The notes beneath the pieces were generated by a model. It was not told the DNA's origin and made no database searches. It saw only the letters and a list, made by a program, of their open reading frames with translations. From Blepharisma stoltei ATCC 30299 (taxonomy: Eukaryota; Protista; Ciliophora): DNA of 64,000 nt. Below, in pieces: positions 60,830 to 64,000 of the stretch. The position numbers and the translations under genes were made by a program. Each line of letters opens with the position of its first letter. The first letter of the stretch is position 1. Where the stretch lies: positions 558,001-622,000 of the forward strand of contig CBFDEM010000028.1 in assembly GCA_965603825.1 (NCBI GenBank), in the 5' to 3' direction.

Positions 60830-63436
60830 TTACTGGCAGGGGCATAGTGGTTGAACTCCATATTCTACGGTAAAACAAGTTATATTCTTCTCAGAGTAGG
60901 TCATCAAGTCAAAACTATCGTTATTTTGTATTAAACCCAGTCCTAAGCCTACAATTTCTCTTGATATTTTTAGCTCATTAAATAATGCTACTCTTCCTTC
61001 CTCAAATGTCACTTTTAGCGGATTTCTTGGGTCTCAGTCTTTTTTTAAGATTTCAGCTTTGTTCAACAACTGAAATCCTCAGCTTTGGCAGGAGAGGCTT
61101 TCAGCTTCACAAATTTCTGAGCATAAGCTATGAGTTTCTCCTACAATAATTGATAATTTATTAAGTAAATTCCCAATCACTTCTTCCCATTTTTTAGAAA
61201 TTGATGAAATATTAAGTTCTTGAGGCAGTTTACATATGCATGTATCTGAGTTTTCATTAATTTGATTTGCGATTTCTTCACAAATGGCTTTAACATTATC
61301 AACCCTTTCAATACCTTGCAGCTGAATTGCCATTAGTTTTTTTTCTGTTTCATTATAATAAGTAATAGGATTAAGCCCATCATCATTTGGCCTAAAATAG
61401 TTGATAATAGCATTTGCTTTCACAGCATATCCAAAAATTTCAAAAATAGCGTCTTCATCCTCATTTATAGAAATTCGAATTCTATAAATTTTGTTTCCTC
61501 CTTTTTCCCGAGCCTTTAGTTGCTGAATTTCTGCAGTCACTAGCTCTTTAAAAGACACTTTTCTACAAAAGTCTTCATGCTTATTATTCTTGATATTCTC
61601 ATTCATTGACTCCAAAGCTAATGCAATTAAATTATTAATACCAGGGGTATCTTTTGCGATTTCTAATGGGATTTCAGTAAATGTAAAGCACGAGCACAAA
61701 AAGTTTGGAATTGCGACATTATCACAGCTCCTATCATCATTTATTTTTTCTAATAATAAAGAAACCCCATTTTGTGTATCAGGTAGTGTCTTTCATTCTT
61801 TATAAAGTTCAGATGATATTAACAAATTTCCATAAGGATTTAGTGCAATATGTTTAAAAGTAATATATCAGTCAAATCTGCTTACGAGTCTTTTTGTATT
61901 ATGTTTTAAGATAGAGTCTGTGTCTGACCCTAGTCTTGCAATTAATTCTTTATTAGTAATCATAATATGCATAGGCAACTGGTTTTCTTTGTATCCTTCA
62001 GTATGTTTGTCCCACTCCTTTGAGTGTTTTCCATGGTCTGACATTAAATGTATGACAAAATCTTCTTCAGGGTGTTCATATAAGAAATATAAAAGATCTA
62101 TAAAGAAATCTTTTAGATCATCATCAACTGTACGTATAACAGTGCCTGTACTTTCATGAGCTGGTGACAAATGGACATATCCGAATCTATTATTTCCAAG
62201 ATAATTTATAACATATTGATTAGCATAATTAAGCATATACCAATGAGAATGATGAGCCCCAAAACATCTTTGTCTCTCAATGAAGTCTAAGTATCCATAC
62301 ATTTTTCTTGCAGCATGCCAAAAATTAGTAGCAACATGATCAGTTAATATTTTTCTGCCTGTACAGGTTGATAAATAGTCTCATACTGTATCATATCCAA
62401 ACATTGTTACATATCCATGTCTCTCATAATGCTTTCATATAGCTTCTTCTTGCAGGGCTTCAAAATATTGTCAGTGAGATTTATGGGCTATTGAGTATTT
62501 TGATAATTTTTTTTGGAGTAGTTTTAAATTGTAGCCATAGAGTAAAGGGACTAAATTAGGAATTGTGTTTTCTCCTTGGACATTATTTATAATAAAATCG
62601 TACATAACAATTCTATTAGACAAAGAGCTGTCAATTATTTCAGTGTTGAGTGATTCTATTGTTTTTCTTAAATTTCTATAGAAATGCTGCCGAGATACTG
62701 AATCAAATAAAATCATAAGGACAGTTTGTGGCCTAGGCTTAGTTTTCATACCGAGCTCTTCAGCTATTTTTTTAGTTTTTTCAAAAGCTCGATCTGAAGC
62801 TGTTTTATTAAAATTATTCCTAAGTATGGCTTGTTTCTTTGCCCTATAGCATCTTGCAAAAGCAAACTCTCTATCTTTAAAATCAACTGGTCCATCATAA
62901 GGCCTCCATCGACTTCTAAATGGTATTTCCCCTAATTGCTCATCGTTTAGCATTCCTCCTAAAACATATTCTGGCGTTTGGAACTCAAGGCATTTTACAT
63001 ATAAAGTATCATTGGCAATGCTGATTATTTCAGTAGACACAGATCGATCAGCACAGTTATAAAACCTTCGATTTGGGTCAAATAATTTGTCAGCTTGTTC
63101 TTGGGTGTACCCAAAAGATTTTGGGATGCATGAAACATTGCCATCATCAGGAAGTTCTGGGTATTGGGTTAAAGGCCATGAAGTAATTGGTGTTTTTGAT
63201 GTCTCATTATTGCTATTAAGTAGTATAAGTGAAGTTTTAAGATTCTCTATTATAATGTCTTGATCTTTAGCTGATGAAAAAACATTTAGGTTTTCTTCTT
63301 CTTTGCTCAAAATAAGCTGATTTCCTTGGTCATTTTCTAAAGAGAATATGTAAATTAGACAAATTGAGCAACCAAATAACACTATACATGTGAGAATTGA
63401 TAAAAACTTAGGAATTCTCTTTGACAAAATATGCAT
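60830..63436 (-). CDS. DUF229-family (alkaline phosphatase/sulfatase superfamily) type II membrane protein, 868 aa
   Basis: One frame through seven TGA=Trp. N-terminal TM, ILFDSVSRQHF, GENTIPN, AI[W]KHY...GYVTMF, MSDHG and RSC...IP...CSC. Confidence 0.85.
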
Positions 63437-63810
63437 TTATATTCATATAAAAGATCATTTTTAATTTTCTGCTTTTTGAACTCTAAAAAATTTGAGAATT
63501 ATTAATTATTTGAGTTGATAAGCTTACTTTTAAAAAAATAACTATTACATATTATTCAAATTATATAATTCTCATATATAATTGTTAGTTCAGCAGTGAA
63601 ACTTATAGCTTGCTGATAGTTTTATAACAAAATTAATTGTTAAGAAAATAATTGCAATTCTAGTTGAACTTAACTTTTCCAAAGATATATTTTTTCTGCC
63701 ATTTAAATAATTTATATACTCCTCATTAACATTTTTTACTTGATTAAAGGTGTTTGAGAGAATTCATATACGAAATTTTATTTCTCCTGCGAAACCAAAA
63801 TTCATATATA

Positions 63811-63991
63811 TAATAATGTGCGCTAAAATGGTAGAAAATTCTGGGAGAAAAGTTGTTTCAGAATGTCAAATCCTTATTTATTATTTATACTATTTTAGGA
63901 AAAGAAATAAAATGTTAATCAATATATTGAAGAATATCAACAACTTAATTGCTAAAAAAAAATTCAACTCTTACAATAAAATAAAGCTAAG
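63811..63991 (+). pseudogene. Decayed partial duplicate of the 3' part of the 56654..60799 gene
   Basis: 63811-63949 aligns by eye to 60091-60229 and 63950-63991 to 60681-60722, with substitutions and indels. Confidence 0.8.
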
Positions 63992-64000
63992 TGCCTATTC

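Noticed and set aside
1837-62159. Numerous F/S/L-rich ORFs antisense to real genes (e.g. 1837..2172, 3911..4282, 35421..35873, 38100..38492)
   Set aside because: Reverse-complement shadows of K/E-rich coding sequence.
1-64000. Many apparently broken ORFs that could be read as pseudogenes, frameshifts or selenoproteins
   Set aside because: The breaks are in-frame TGAs at Trp (not Cys) positions or 15-16 nt introns; the genes are intact.
1-64000. A functionally coherent multi-gene cluster or novel system
   Set aside because: Neighbouring genes are functionally unrelated, as expected for a ciliate macronuclear chromosome. No transposase, telomere tract, CRISPR array or IES-interrupted gene was seen.

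Overview
This is eukaryotic, gene-dense, AT-rich DNA, not prokaryotic. Two features visible in the sequence point to a heterotrich ciliate macronuclear contig, most consistent with Blepharisma. (1) TGA is read as Trp: about 50 in-frame TGAs, several at invariant Trp positions of CK1, MAPK, UBC9, GBP and a cyclin, while genes end in TAA/TAG. (2) Tiny 15-16 nt GT-AG introns: 14 found, all with A at position 10. The supplied standard-code ORF track therefore fragments or misses many genes. Re-reading with UGA=Trp and tiny introns gives about 43 protein-coding genes, including RPL39 (absent from the track) and a SANT-domain gene. There are no rRNA, tRNA, CRISPR or transposase signatures, and no IES-like interruptions of coding regions. 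Both the code and the tiny introns are already described for this lineage, and I see no convincing multi-gene novel system. The best candidates for something undescribed are: a GC-rich structured non-coding island at 44.02-44.10 kb (candidate ncRNA); an atypical non-prenylated Rab-like GTPase next to a divergent ATG8 ending in an exposed Gly; two apparent pseudoenzymes (USP, PAP2); a 1381-aa Sfi1-like Trp-repeat protein with a decayed, internally deleted partial copy about 3.7 kb downstream; and extreme gene packing (7 nt between convergent stops, 28 nt between divergent starts).
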